64,000 nt of DNA from Octopus vulgaris (lineage: Eukaryota). This document shows positions 46,949 through 60,649 of this stretch, in pieces. The notes beneath the pieces are model-generated. The model saw only the letters and a program-made list of their open reading frames with translations, was not told the origin of the DNA and made no database searches. The DNA lies in NCBI GenBank assembly GCA_951406725.2, contig OX597816.1, positions 154,256,001 through 154,320,000 of the forward strand, written 5' to 3'. A program made the position numbers and the translations under genes. Position 1 is the stretch's first letter; each line of letters starts with the position of its first letter.

Positions 46949-48999
46949 TTAAGCTCGTATGAAAAACAATTTTACAGTTTCTATGCAGTTTTAGTGAAAA
47001 CCTCAAAATACAGGATGCAAATGTAAAGTAAATATAAATTCCACTCAATTCCTGAGAGTTTTTCTTTTAAAAAAAGACTGTTACTTAGCAACATTTTCAT
47101 GGTATTAAACAGATGGTATTTGCATCCTGTCCCCTGCAGGGTAAAATGCAAACAATCTTCCTAGATAATGCGGTACCAATTCTTTCCAACAAGGTGAAAC
47201 TAATACAATATAGGAATAAATGTATTGCCCAGAAGCATGAAATAATAATGGATCTTAACTCATGGTCTATGAGTAGGTAATCTAATGTTATCCACTTGAA
47301 TCATCCTGCCTCTACAAGCTACAGGATACCATGATTACAAAGTTACTATAAGAATAATGTCCTACACTATTGGTTCACTTTCTGTTTAGTCCATGTCAGT
47401 GGTATTGAATTAAAAATAAGAACTAGTAAAGGACTGGAAGTTTTTATACTGACTATAATAGCATTCACCTATGAAAAAGAATGAAAAGAAATCATTTTAT
47501 TTAACTTCCACTATTTATTGTTTAATGTTCAAATAACATCAAAATGAAATAACAAGTAAAGCCTATGACACCATAAATGAGAACAAATAAAATATCATAT
47601 TTACTCATAAAAAATGCGCGAAATTTAATTATAAACATCAAGGTCAAAACTTGGTGGCAGTAGCATTAAAGTCAAATGGTTAAAAAAATGCTGAGAAAAT
47701 AAAATATATCGCTGACTTTTTTGGTAGGGGCCTGCATCATATTTGAGATTGCATTGTACATGAATATATATGGCAGTTAAAAATCACCCTCATTCTCTCA
47801 TTATCAGTACCAAAAGCACTGAACTTTTCTTTCCTTCTAAGTTATTGGTTTCATTTTTCTGCTTCACTCCTTGTGGACAGATTAACACACTGACATACAT
47901 ACATCAACTGGTTTTACCAACTCTGACACATGCTCTGATGTAGAGATAAGTTTTCTGAAAAATGATATCAGGATGTCATTTTATATTCTCATCATCATCA
48001 TCGTTTGACATACTCCTTCCATGCTGGTAGTGGTTGGATGGTTTGACAGCTGGCCAGGCAGGAGTCTACACTATGCTTCTGTATCAGTTTTGGCATGGCT
48101 TTTACGACTGGATGCCCTTCCTAACACCAACCTGTCCATAGAGTTGGCTGAGTGCTTTTTATGTGACACTCACACAGGCGGGGTCAGTTCTGAAATGGTT
48201 TTTACAGCTGGATGCCCTTCCAAATGCCAACCACTTTACAGTGTGGACTGAGTGCTTTTTAAGTGGCACCTGCACTGGTAGGGTCACCAAGTAACTTTGT
48301 GAGACAAGGGACATTGGAGGTGATCTTGTATCATATGAAAGGTTATAGCAAGACAGACAAAAACAGGTGTCTTGTTGTAGGGGAGGTACTTGGTTACCCA
48401 GCCAGAGATGGAGAGAGAGAAAGAGTTAACAAGAGGGCAGAAACAGTTGTGTTACTAAAGCAGAGGGACATGGTTACTTAGAGAGAGAGAAGATACATGG
48501 TTATCTAGCCAGCAGTAAGAGTAAAAGGAAGGAGAGAGAGTGATCAAGAATGAGGGCAAAAATAGGTTTGTTGCTGTAGAGGAGATACATGATTACTCAG
48601 CCAGAGGGAAGAGGAAGGGAAAGAGAGAGTAGGAGAGGGATATTGGTAAGTGCCAAGATATACTCACAAGGAATAGGAATCAGGGAATAGACAGGATAGT
48701 AGAGTAAGTAAGAGAGAGATGAATGGTAGCAGGGTATTGCCAAGAAGTTGTAAGTAGGGAGTGGGGGTAATAATCTGGGTATATAGAGGGAGGGGATGGG
48801 GGAAGCAACATAGTGAGGACTGGATTGAGGAGTGAGAGATAATCATAGTGTATGAAGAAGAAATGTGAGGAGGCGAAGAGAAACAGTTTGGGAAAGGTGG
48901 GGGATGTAGTTTGGTTTGCTGGAGTAGTGTGTGTAAAAATTTTTAGTTACATGTGGGTGGAACATGTTTCTAGAACTCAGGCTTGCTGATGTGGGTGGA

Positions 49000-49610
49000 T
49001 CTTCTCTAGAACCTCATTTCATCCACAAGCCGCAACATCCTGAGATCAGTCCTCACCACTTCATCCCGTCTTCCTGCACCTTCCTCTTCCACAGGTGCCA
49101 TCCACTATCAGTGACAGCACTTCGTTATATAGTTGCCTTTATTCATACGCATCTCATCCAAACCAACATAGTCTTCTCTCTTGCATACTGCATTTGATTC
49201 CTCTTATGCCTAACTTTTCTCTGAACACATTTGCACTTTATCATTCATGCACACATTCATGTTACACATCCAGCAGAGTATACTGCCTTAATTCCTCTCT
49301 AGTCTATGTTTGTCCTCTACATTCAGAGGCCAGGTCTCACTACCATGGAGTATAGCCGTTCATACACAAGCATCATACAGTCTACCTTTCATTCTGAAAG
49401 ACAGTCCTTTTGTGTGTTGCCAACAGAGGTAATAGCTCTCTGAACTTTCTCCATCCTATTCGTATTCTAGAGACAATACTTTCAGAGCATCCATCCCCAT
49501 TGCTAATTTAGTCACCTACATAACAGAAACTATCTACTACCTCAAGAGAGCCTCCTGAACATTTGAGAGAGTCTAAGTCCCGTGTGCTCTTAGTGCTTAT
49601 TGTTCCTATC
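49000..49610 (-). mobile_element. RTE LINE fragment
   Basis: VVDSFCYVGD*IS.GDGCSESIVSRIRIGWRKFRELLPLL. Confidence 0.75.
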
Positions 49611-50088
49611 TGCCACACTCAAAGGTCTCAGTAGAAACTTATATTTATTATCACTACTTCACTACTCATTTCTTCCTCTTTGCTGAAACTCAAAATTTGT
49701 ATCAATGTAAATAAAAGTTAAAAAGCAAAAATGTTAATAAATTAATATACACCTAAAAACTTTTGAATTTTTATCTCGTTTAAAGTTCGATGCCATTAAT
49801 GATTATTTTCAGAAACACAGAAATACATATTTTAAACACAAAATATTTTATGAATTAATTGCAAAGCCTCTATACAGTCATTCAACATGCTTGAAACAGC
49901 AGCCAAATTTCATTCCACTCACACTGTATAGATCTGCTTGATTAGAGATGGCCTAAATTTAATAAAAACAATAGCCATATTCTTACTTACATAAGCACCT
50001 ATATGAACTGAAAGAAAATCATTGAAATGAAATACTGATATGTTCTGAAAGACAAAATCTGAACCCCGATTTTTTTTTTTTTCATGTG

Positions 50089-50128
<40 letters not shown>

Positions 50129-50293
50129 TATATACATATATTCGTGCCGGTGGCACGTAAAAGCACTCACTACACTCAGAGTGGTTGGCCTTAGGAAGGG
50201 CATCCAGCTGTAGAAACTCTGCCGGATCAGATTGGAGCCTGGTGCAACCACCTGGTTCACCAGTCCTTAGTCAAATCATCCAACCCATGCTAG

Positions 50294-51023
50294 TGTAGCA
50301 ATATTGTTTTCTTCGTTGCTATCTTCACTGTTTGAGAGAAATATTAAGAATGATCTCGTTTGAGATTACAAACATCTTTGGCTAGTTTAACGGTGTTGTG
50401 TCCACTATTTTGATTGGTTAGCATCTAAGCGCGGTCTGTCTCTCTACTTACTTCGCGCCAGTGTGTAAACTGACCAATCACGGCCTTTGGTTAAGGTCCC
50501 ATTTCCTAGGCTCTGTTGAGCCACCTTACTTGTATACAAGGGAGTGTTTTCAGTATACTTGCGTCTTTGGTTCCAGTTCTTCTAAGAACTAACTTTAGAC
50601 CACAGCGCTACTCAACCAAGCGATATACGATTGTTCCTGCTACCACTAGCTACGACGCTAATATACACAATCACAGAAAGCCTACTATCTTCGCCGTCTC
50701 CACCATCATGTATCAACTTCAAGTCGTTTCCAACGTCTTCGCCATATGAACAGTAAACCAATTTCCATTATATATTCTATGTTCTGTACCCTTCTATGCC
50801 AAACGAACACAGACACAAACACGTATTGCATGCGCACACGCGTGTTAACGCTTACAAACTCCTAACATTGACACGGTTGTAAAATAAATATTTATCTCTC
50901 CACAGCAAGACTTGTCGTCAATTCACTTATGTTCTGTTGTTACTGCATGTATTTATGGCTTGTAATAATTCGTTAAGAATATGACCATGTGCAATCGTAT
51001 TCCCTGTGGTAATATTGCTTACA
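50294..51023. mobile_element. Solo LTR (Gypsy-like), 730 bp
   Basis: TGTAGCAATATT...AATATTGCTTACA termini, 4-bp TSD CTAG, splits the CCATGCTAGCATGG tail of an RTE-tail repeat; internal CCAAT and AATAAA. Confidence 0.8.
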
Positions 51024-52472
51024 CTAGCATGGAAAGCGAACATATGATGATGATGATATATATATGGAACCTGGTGTGGCTCCAAGTCTTACTAGCTCCT
51101 GTCAAACTATGCCAACATGGAAAACAGATATTAAAGGATGATCTCCCTCAAATCTCATTTAACAGGGAAAATAAAAATTTACAAAGAAATGACAAAACTC
51201 AACACAAAACATTACATTTCCCCTACCTGTTTTTGTTTATATGCCACAAAATCTTTTTTATTTTATTATTTATGATGATGATGATGATGATATAGTTTTC
51301 ATTATTTTTGTTCCAACACCATTTGAGGAACAAATACCAACACTCTCAAAGAACCACATGTAATAATCAATGGCGAAATGCTAAGTGTATGTATAGCAGA
51401 TAATTTTTAACACAGATCTGACAATGGACAAATATTATCTTAGTGACACGAAGGGAATCCAGCTGCTCCATATAAACTTTTTAACCCATCCAAGCATGGA
51501 AAAGTGGATATTAAAACAAAGTTGAAGTTAATAGGCACAAATCCACAAAAGTTGGTAGAAGGGTGTACTGATTTAATTAAACCAATACTTAATTGGTATT
51601 TATTTTATCAGCTTCAAGAAGCATAAAATGTGAAGTCAGCTTCAAGGAAATTTGAACTCCACCCTTTTATTATATTAAAATATTTACACAATTTACTATG
51701 CATTGCACATACATTATGTAAAGTAGTTTCAAAACAATAACAAAACACTGCACATATTCACTGTACCCAAAGCTTGAATGATTTTGCAGTGAAAACAATA
51801 ACAAAACAACTGAATAGCAGTCAAATAATTTCAGTTATTGGTCTTACAAAACATGATACAACATGATAAGTATTGCACTTGAACCTAAAACAGTTCATAT
51901 CTTCAGTTTTAATAGAATGTTATCTAGAATATGAAGGTGTCACATGACCTAAAATTTGCAAGATTGATTCCTGGATTGAGAGGTGTGTTGCATCACTGAG
52001 TAATGCATTTCATTTCATGGTTGCTTCAATTTATTCAGTTGAAAATCAGAACCAGTTAAGTGGTAGTACAGCACTTTCTTCCTCCAGCAGTGATATCCTT
52101 GATGTTTTCCTGTGTTAACATGTGTTAAGGATAAAAGTGTGTCTATGTCAGCTTCCAACTACACAAACATCTAAAACAATTAGCAAAACCATGGTACCTG
52201 GTCGTACTCACTTGTGTTACAGTTATGGTTTTTCTTAACTAGAAAACAAAACTATAAAAAGCAAGATTAAAATGATTTCACTTAAATAATAACAATATTA
52301 CAGCAGATGTAACAAGTTAACATTTTTTGTGTGTATGGCCGTGTGTGTGTGTGATAGAGAGAGAGAGAGAGAGAGAGAGTGTGTGTGTGTGTGTACATGT
52401 GCGAATGTTAAATATGTACATATAAGCATTAAACCCATATCTTAATTTCAAGCTGCCTTTTAAGAGTAGTTA

Positions 52473-52505
<33 letters not shown>

Positions 52506-52884
52506 TTATATATATATATTAATCTTAACATTTTCTGATAACTACTCATGCACAGTATAAGCATATGTTATATATGTATATATGTACCCTAATGTTAATC
52601 TGAAATACTGGTATCTCTGAAAAAAGTTTATTTACATCTGAACTCCAGAAAAATATTTTGTAGATGGATTTCAGATGTTGCTTTAAAAACTGCAATGCTA
52701 TGCATTAGTTAAAGCAATAAATTGGGTATTTTTTTAAGCCAGAAGCCAAGAAATAAACACCATTATTATGTGGATGCTTCAAGGAAATTTGTTGCCTTAT
52801 TCAAAACCAGAGCAAATGTACTTAGATATGAATGAACATATACAAGGAGCTGATTTTAAATAGTTATGTAAAATCAAAACACAT

Positions 52885-52920
<36 letters not shown>

Positions 52921-53390
52921 TATGTAGAGAGGGTTAAAATCACAGCTGTTTCTTCTTGAAGCACATCTGCTATCTCAGTATTACAAATCCATATATAAAT
53001 GTTATATTTGTGTGAGGTATGCATAAGAATTGAAAATACTGGGAAATATTTTCTGCAAATGGGAGATTGGAAATAATACAAAAAATTTTCCAATCTCTTG
53101 TTTTGATATATATCATGTGATCACATGACTGACCAGACTATCAGATGTTGTTACACATTACTGATTACAACATGCTCTGCATTGTTTTAGACTTTAAATG
53201 ATGTTTTAGACCCAGCTAGCTAGGTGAGCAGGCCAACATTACCCACTGATTGAAGCAACATGAAATGAAGTGTTTTGCTCTAGAACACAACACACTGCCT
53301 GGCTTGGAAATTGAACCGATGATCTAGCAATCACTAGGCTATGCACCTTCACTGTATATATATATTCAAAAATAGGATAAAATCTACTTG

Positions 53391-53432
<42 letters not shown>

Positions 53433-53579
53433 GACTGGAGGAATATAGTGTAATTAAAACTGAGACTAACATTAATGAGGAATGTAAAAATCTGAGTTTG
53501 CTTTGTTGAATTTCCGAAACAAAAAAGTGAGTGCTTCAAGACAAATAAATCATGCAACCTATACATGACATAATACAGT

Positions 53580-53800
53580 CATCATCAACCTCATTCAACA
53601 TCCACATTTCCTGGTGACATGGGTTGGATAATTTGACAGAAACTTGTGACCCAGAGGACTGTGCCAAGCTCTATTGTGTGCTTTGGATGGTTTATATATC
53701 TGGATACCCTTCCTAATGCCAACCACTCTATAGAGTGTACTGGGTGCTTTTTATGTGCCACCAGCACATGTAACTTACCATGTAACTTGCAAGACAAAAC
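53580..53800 (-). mobile_element. RTE-tail repeat
   Basis: CTGGATACCCTTCCTAATGCCAACCACTC core after CAT-rich tail. Confidence 0.6.
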
Positions 53801-54958
53801 CCCTCAACTGAAGAAATAGCATTGAAAGAGGTGGCTTTGCACCTAGTGAAGAAAGGTTAAGGGATAAAAAAAGTGATAGAAACAGGTGTCTTGCAGCAGA
53901 GGAAATACATGGCTCTCTCAACTGGAAAAGGAGAAAGAGGGAGAAAAGATGATGAAGAAGATATGTTGGGACACACCCTCAAGTTGTTACAGGGAGGAGT
54001 AGTTGATGTTAAGACTAAATGTAGTCAGAATATAGTTCTCTTGTATAAAATCCAACACAGTAGAAATTGTAGGAAATTATATTTTCACAAGATGATATGT
54101 TATATATATTGTCAATAAAAGGAAGCAAGAATATAATGTAAAATTTGAAATTTTATTTTTATTTTTGCACTATCAGTAATTCCAGTGTTCAAAACATGGA
54201 AATTCAAAGATCATTTTTTAAAAAATATCAAAAATATACAAGGACTGAATGATTGTGAAGCATTTACTTACTTGTTTCGCTAATTCAAAAAAAAAAAAAA
54301 ACCCATTTGGATCTTTACATTTCCCATTAATACTGGTCCTGATGTTAATTATGAGGAAATCCTTCACCAACTGGATTCACAACATATTTTTTATGTATTT
54401 AGAAGTTAACAAATCAGTTTTAGAGAGAAATATTCTCAGCAATTTATTTTCAGCTGAAAATAGCCACGGTATGTATTGTCACTATCCACAGTTAAATTTT
54501 ATCAAAACTTAAACAGTCATTGTGAAACTTTGTCAAAATTAAATAATCATTATTTCATCACGTGGTAGAAGTTATCAAGACATTATCACCCAACTTAAAG
54601 ACCTGGGCACGACCATCTCGTCCACTGAAAGTCTGAGTCACTGTTATATCATTAGCAGCAAGACTTGTCCAAGATTAAATCCACACTATATCAACTATCG
54701 ATAGACTTGTTCAAGGTCGTATCAACAATATTCACATGTCTGTTCATTATGCTGACTGTTGGTATATGAACACATCATCATAATCTATGGATAGACTATA
54801 AAAATTTTTTTAAATATTAGATTAACCAAATTATATAATTCCTTCAATGAATGCATGATTAGCACCTAATTAGACTCACATAAAAATACATTTAAAAATA
54901 ATTATAGTAATTGAAAAGAAAAAGTTCTTTTGCAAAAAAATATGCTGAATAAGAAATA

Positions 54959-55438
54959 TTACGTGTCAAAAATCACATGGTTATTTGATACATTACTATT
55001 GCAGTCACCATTAATGCTTGGTTTTCTGAAAATAGTAACTGTACAATGTTGTTTCCATTTTAAATACAGGATGTTTGGCCAGAGCAAGGCCAAGCTTAGT
55101 CTTGGATCGGGTTTGGTACATGCCAATAGTAAGAAGAAGACTTGAAAATATGGTATCATAAATAGAATAATCCAGATCAACAAAGGAATATCGCTCAAGT
55201 GGGAAAACATGCGGTGCAGCACTGAAGTTTCAGAAGAATTGGTCTCCATGATTGTATTCTTTGCAATTCCAACTTTACGGCCCAGTTTCGGATCCAAGTG
55301 GAATTTTGAAGAATGATCAAAGGCATATTTAGTATATTTCTCATTAATTTCAAATACATAATAGGTCAAAGCACAGGTAATGCTGAGGTAGACAACAATA
55401 GTGACCCACGCAATTCGTTGGCGGAATTTCATTGTCAT
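54959..55438 (-). CDS. LYSET: Lysosomal enzyme trafficking factor (TMEM251/GCAF), 159 aa, two TM helices
   Basis: MTMKFRQRIAWVTIVVYL...YYVFEINEKY...WIILFMIPYFQVFFLLLACTKPDP...IFDT mirrors vertebrate TMEM251 (MNFRQRMGW, YYVFEI, PYLQMFLFLYSCTRADP, C-terminal IDT). Acceptor CAG at 55474-55472 followed by in-frame TGA, so ATG 55438 (or 55432) is the start. Confidence 0.9.
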   Translation of the reverse strand: MTMKFRQRIAWVTIVVYLSITCALTYYVFEINEKYTKYAFDHSSKFHLDPKLGRKVGIAKNTIMETNSSETSVLHRMFSHLSDIPLLIWIILFMIPYFQVFFLLLACTKPDPRLSLALLWPNILYLKWKQHCTVTIFRKPSINGDCNSNVSNNHVIFDT

Positions 55439-55531
55439 GTGACACAAACATAATTTCAGCAATCTTTTTCACTGAAAATAAGATAGGGGAAAAAAAAACA
55501 TCAAAGTTTTAAATTTCTTCAATGAAATTAA

Positions 55532-55724
55532 TTGTAAATATGATATCATGAATAAAATATTTTGAAACAACAAAAGAATATCAGTCAAATAGTAAAATAT
55601 GAAATGCAGTGAAGTCTGAGAAGAATTGGTTTCTATAATTATATTCCTTACAATTCCAAACTTACATCCCAGTTTCAGATCAAAGTGAAATTTTGAAGAA
55701 TGATCAAATGCATATACAGTATTT
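55532..55724 (-). pseudogene. Degenerate tandem partial copy of the LYSET coding exon
   Basis: Direct copy of about 55142-55337; translates YAFDHSSKFHFDLKLGCKFGIVRNIIIETNSSQTSLH...ILFMISYLQ versus YAFDHSSKFHLDPKLGRKVGIAKNTIMETNSSETSVLH...ILFMIPYFQ. Confidence 0.85.
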
Positions 55725-56246
55725 TCAATCATTAAAAAAAAAAAAATCAGCATTGGTATTCATAGAAACAGTGAATCACCTGACAAAATGTTTTAAAACT
55801 ATCTTTGTGCATGTTGTTTCCAAGTGTATGAGTAACAACTAAACAAACTCCCTTGCTGATATGCATACATAGGAGGTATTTCAATTAATAAATTACTCTT
55901 GCTTTACCAATGTTTTGTTCTAATGCCATATCTATGTATAGATATGACACTAAAATGTATCTATAGCTTTTAGCCAATACTGTATGGACAGATGTAAACA
56001 AATATCTTGTTATTTTACATACAATTGGATTTGTGAAACACAGCATACTAGTAATTTATAAATCAAACTAGCTGCTGAGAATGGATGATATATGCCAACT
56101 TGTCTATCTGATTTAAGCTCTTTGTAACAGCGAGTTTATAACCAGTATCTTCATAGAGGATGCTGGATGTGTAATGTAAGTGTATGTGTTTGACAGAGTG
56201 CCGGTGTTCTGAGAGAGAAGTTAGGCATAAGAGGAATTTCTTGCTG

Positions 56247-56622
56247 TATAATAATAATAATAATAATAATAATTGTGTACAGTGCTCAGGTGCACTACAA
56301 CTCATCTAAAGTGTACATATAATCAGGTGTAGTTTCGGCGGATTTCGGAAAGCATGAGGGCCTTAGAGGATGCAGTGTCATGGCAGTCAACAACTGACGC
56401 AGGCAGTTTATTCCAAGCTTCAGTAACTCTGAGCGTGAAAAAATGTTTCCGAAAGTCATGGGAGCTGTGTTGTTTTCTGACTTTGTAGGCATGTCCACGT
56501 GTGTTAGACACATGGAGATCAAAAAGGTGTTCAGTGTTGTTGTTGGTGAGGTGGTTGATAACTTTGTGGGTGTTTACCAAGTCCGTCGCCAGACGCCGGA
56601 GCTTCAGTGAATCCATGCCCAG
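56247..56622 (-). mobile_element. CR1-type LINE 3' end with (TAT)n tail
   Basis: SLKLRRLATDL...TRGHAYKV...RKHFFTLRVTEAWNKLPASVV. Confidence 0.8.
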
Positions 56623-56624
56623 GG

Positions 56625-57172
56625 AAGCAAGAGAGGAGACTGCGTTGGTTTGGTCAGGTGATGCTGATGGATGCTGACAGTTCCATAAAAAAGTGCCAAT
56701 CTCTCAAAGTGGAGGGAACACTTAGAAGTGGGAGATCCAGGAAGACATGGGACAAAGTACTGAAGAATGACCTCAGGAAGCTGAATCTTTCAGGCAAGAT
56801 GACAAAGGACCAAGACATCTGTTGCCTGGCTGTACTCAAGATGACCTGCACCTCACAGCAGAAGTGTTAAGATTGATCCTTTTGGTTGTGTAAAGTACCC
56901 ATGGTTGTGCCATGTAAAAGCACCAGTGCAGTGACACGTAAAATTGCCAGCACAGCATCACATAAAAACATCCATGTGGCATCATGTAAAATTGCCCATG
57001 CGGTGCCATGTAAAAGCATCCAGTACACTCTGTAAAGTAGTTGGTGTTAGGAAGGACATCAAGCTGTGGAAACTATGCCAAATCAGATTGGAATCTGGTA
57101 CAGGCTCCCAGCGTACCAACCCTGGCCATACCATCCAACCCATGCTAGCATGGACAATGAACATTAAATGAA
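56625..57172 (+). mobile_element. RTE LINE 3' end plus 3' UTR
   Basis: QERRLRWFGQVM...VEG...GRSRKTWD running directly into the (GAT)-tail family. Confidence 0.8.
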
Positions 57173-57996
57173 GATAAAGACAAGCTGTTTCCATCTGTCT
57201 ACACATAGTGTTGATTAAGAATCAATAGATATATCCTGTAACACAGCCCACGACTGAAATGAAAGACTATTAACAATGCACTGGTACATAAATTGTATAT
57301 AAAGACAAACTGTCTGTCTGTCTACACATACAGTGTAGGTTAAAAATCAATACATTTTGTACAACAGGGAGCTAGTGAAATTACTATTAGAACTGAATTG
57401 ATCTGAAATTGACATATTGTCAACAAATTAATATATCAATGAGGTTTGAACAAGTTGCAAGTGGGACTAGGTAAAGATGTAGATTTTACAGGAAAAATTA
57501 AAATATTAATTCAAGTATTGTCAAAATTTATTGCAAATCATTAAAAAGATTGATTATTGATAATAATTTGAATATTTCGTTTTTTCTTCCTTTTTGTAGT
57601 AATTATCCAGAGATAAGATATATCACCTCTAGAGTAACCATTAGAAGTGTGTCATAATATAAAATCACTGTTCTTTTGTTACTTACAACCATATATTCTT
57701 GATGTTATTGTTTAGCCTCAGGTCAGCTCTGATCAGGCAGGCCTATGATCATATGTGTTCTAGTCATGATTATTTATTTTTAATGTGTATAAAATATCAT
57801 ATTTTCTATTATGTTTTCTTTATTCAAAATGATAGGATGTGACTTGAGTGATTCAGTTGCTATTTCTAGCAAGTCAGTGAATATGTATAGAAACTATAAA
57901 ATTGTTGAGAAGGGGTCATAAACTTTAGTAAAGGTAACAATATTTCAAACTACTAACCTTACTTTTAGAGAATATATTTACAAAATTTATACTTAC

Positions 57997-58030
57997 AGGC
58001 CCAGTGGAGAGCATAAGAAAGCTATATTAC
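57997..58030 (-). other. Candidate non-coding 5' UTR exon of LYSET
   Basis: AG acceptor after T-rich tract and GTAAGT donor in unique sequence upstream of the LYSET acceptor; no transcript evidence. Confidence 0.3.
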
Positions 58031-59166
58031 CTTTAATGTAGAAATAAATGTTCAAAATTCATATTTAGCTTTGGATTATATACAAATCCAAGAATAAGAC
58101 ACTTGACAACAATTGGGGATCAAGCTAAATTTAACATGGTGTAAACATATCTGTCTGAAGATGGGGTAAATGGTTTGCAGAATTATAAATATATTAACAA
58201 TTCATGGATGGTAGATGACAGAATTTGTTGAGATGGAAAAAAACACCTCATTTATTTAGTTATGTCCCTTTGTATTCCGAATTCAAATTCTGTCCAGACT
58301 GACTGTATTATTGAACAGCACCGTTTTGTTGTCTATGGCCAGAAGATAAAAGGTGGACAGAGAATTCAGATGATGTAACAACCAAAGCTGAAGGTGTGGG
58401 GGGTTAAAGAGGAAACAGTGAAGAAGGCTCTAAGAGAGAAGCTGAATATGGTAAAGAATGCTGTGGACCAAAGTGGTATATAAAACTTGGGGTTTTAAAA
58501 ACATTTTTAGTTGAAAACAGGAACAAGCCAGTAAATAAATGCAGCATCCTATATGCAAGAAATTCCTGATGATCAGGGAGTGCTAGTAAAGTATCAGTAT
58601 TCATTTAAAGGGATGAAACAGATGGGTTGTGAAGGACAGTATACTCAATTGCCATATGAAACAAATTAGAAGATAAAAGAAATGTTTTCTTTGCTGGACA
58701 TAGAGATCCATGAAATAACCCCTGAGATTTCAATAGCTTCATGAACTTGTAGAAAAATATAACTTCCTTATCTAATCAAAGAAGAGTTCCTTGTGGAGAG
58801 TAAAAGAATCCCTCCTCCTCACCATTTTAACATCCACTTTTTCATACATGCATGGATCAAACAAAAATTGTAGAGGTGAATATTTTTATGGCTAGAGGCC
58901 CTTCCTGTTGCAAACCCTCATTGGTTTTCAAATAAGTTAATATTTCTCCATGACCAAACATGTTTTCACAGAATATTGAAAATGAAGGACACCACTTGCA
59001 TGACAATGACACTAGTTTACAACTATCACACACTGTCAAGATAAGGAAACAGTAACATACACACATGGGCTTCTTTGAGATTCTGTCTACCAAATTTATT
59101 CACAAGGTTTTGGTCAGCCTGAGGATATAGTAAAAGACTCTTGGCCAAGGTACCACACAATGGGAT

Positions 59167-59419
59167 TGTGGGATGACGTCAGCAGCTGGACGTCAGCAGC
59201 CGGGTGCGTTGACCGGAAGCTGGGGCAAGCGGAAGGGGTCAGCTGTCTGGCGTGCGCAGGGAGCGGAAATTGCCCTTTTCCAACGTGGGTCGTGCAGGTG
59301 ACAAGACGTGTGAGGACGTCGCTAAGGGTTTGGGCTAGCAGCTGCTATCGTTAGTGTTCGGGTCGGGGCTGTGAGGAAGGACTAGTCATCACTGGAGGGT
59401 CTATGTTACTACGAAGACA
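59167..59419. mobile_element. Solo LTR, 253 bp, GC/CpG-rich
   Basis: TG...CA termini, 5-bp TSD GGGAT (59162-59166, 59420-59424), interrupts a minus-strand SINE (59060-59478). Confidence 0.75.
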
Positions 59420-60649
59420 GGGATTGAACCCAGAACCATATGGTTGGGAAACAAACTTCTTACCACACAGCCATACTTGAGTATGCATATATGACAAATA
59501 TACATATAAATATGATTTATTTAGTCTGTTGACCAACCACATTCTCATTTTACTGTCTCCTACTATTTTTTCTTGCCTTCCTCAACATCAATTACAGCCA
59601 TCCAATACCATGAGGGAATGCTTTGCACCATAATAGCAACAAAATCATGTTCAATCATCTTTAAAAGCAAAAGGAACATTAGACAATGTAATTCTAGACA
59701 CTTCTAAAAGAAATTAATCACAGCTGGAATGCCTTAGTCATAGATAAGCTCAATCAAGGCTGACCTGAATCTAAATAATTCATTTTTTTTAAAGCCCATG
59801 GCAAAACATATTTCTCGGTACTACAGAAGTCTCATAGGGTTAGTTTGTAGGGACCTCTGTATTTAAGAAGTACCTGTTTCTCTTCCCAACACACAGTGGT
59901 TTAAATTAATCATGTAAACCACTTTTTTTTTATTTAACAGACATGGACAATTTTTTTTTTTTTTTTTTACTTAGAATGAAAAATAGAAAGTTCTAGAACT
60001 TTTACAAACTATTTCATTATTTACTTCCTATGTTAGAATTAAGGGCAAATAATATCTTCGTTGATGTAAGAGTTTGGCTGTGGAACCTGAAGGGTGCCTC
60101 ACCGAAATGTTCCTAAAATGGAACAAGCATTGCGAGGACACTGTAGTAGTAAAATGGAACAAGCATTGCGAGTTTTGTGTAATTCTTTCTTTATTCAAAA
60201 ACAATTCCTCCCATGCAACACATCTAAACGATACTAGAAAATGTTTTGTGCAAATATTTGTCGATGCACAATTACTATTTGTTCACTCTAGCACTTTTCA
60301 ATAAATATACACAACAAAGTTATGTTATCTTATTTAGTAGTACAATTCAGTCTCCAAATTCTGCCGTAATTTTGGTTTCTGGTTTCATGTTTTTTCTTTA
60401 ATTTTTATCTTTGTCTTCATCTCAAGATTTTCAATATTGTGTGCACTATCATCCACCAAACCATGAACTTTACACACCCATGTACGTGTTTATTGTGCGA
60501 AATTTTTCTTAATGCTTTTAGTATTTTTGACACAGGGTGTGTAAATTTCTGAGACATTTAGTCGGATTAGCTTTGCCTTCCATGGCTCTAATTTGATTTA
60601 ACTCGCATAAACTAGCCAATCTTTATATATTGATTATAATTACTATTTA

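Noticed and set aside
55439-55462. TTG-initiated N-terminal extension of LYSET in the ORF track
   Set aside because: Non-ATG start in a eukaryote; homology begins at MTMKFRQR.
60082-60171. Hammerhead-like remnant GGAAC-CTGAAG-GGTGCCTCACC-GAAA-T-GTTCC and adjacent 22-bp direct repeat
   Set aside because: Core lacks A9, stem III and a cleavage triplet; two repeats do not make an array.
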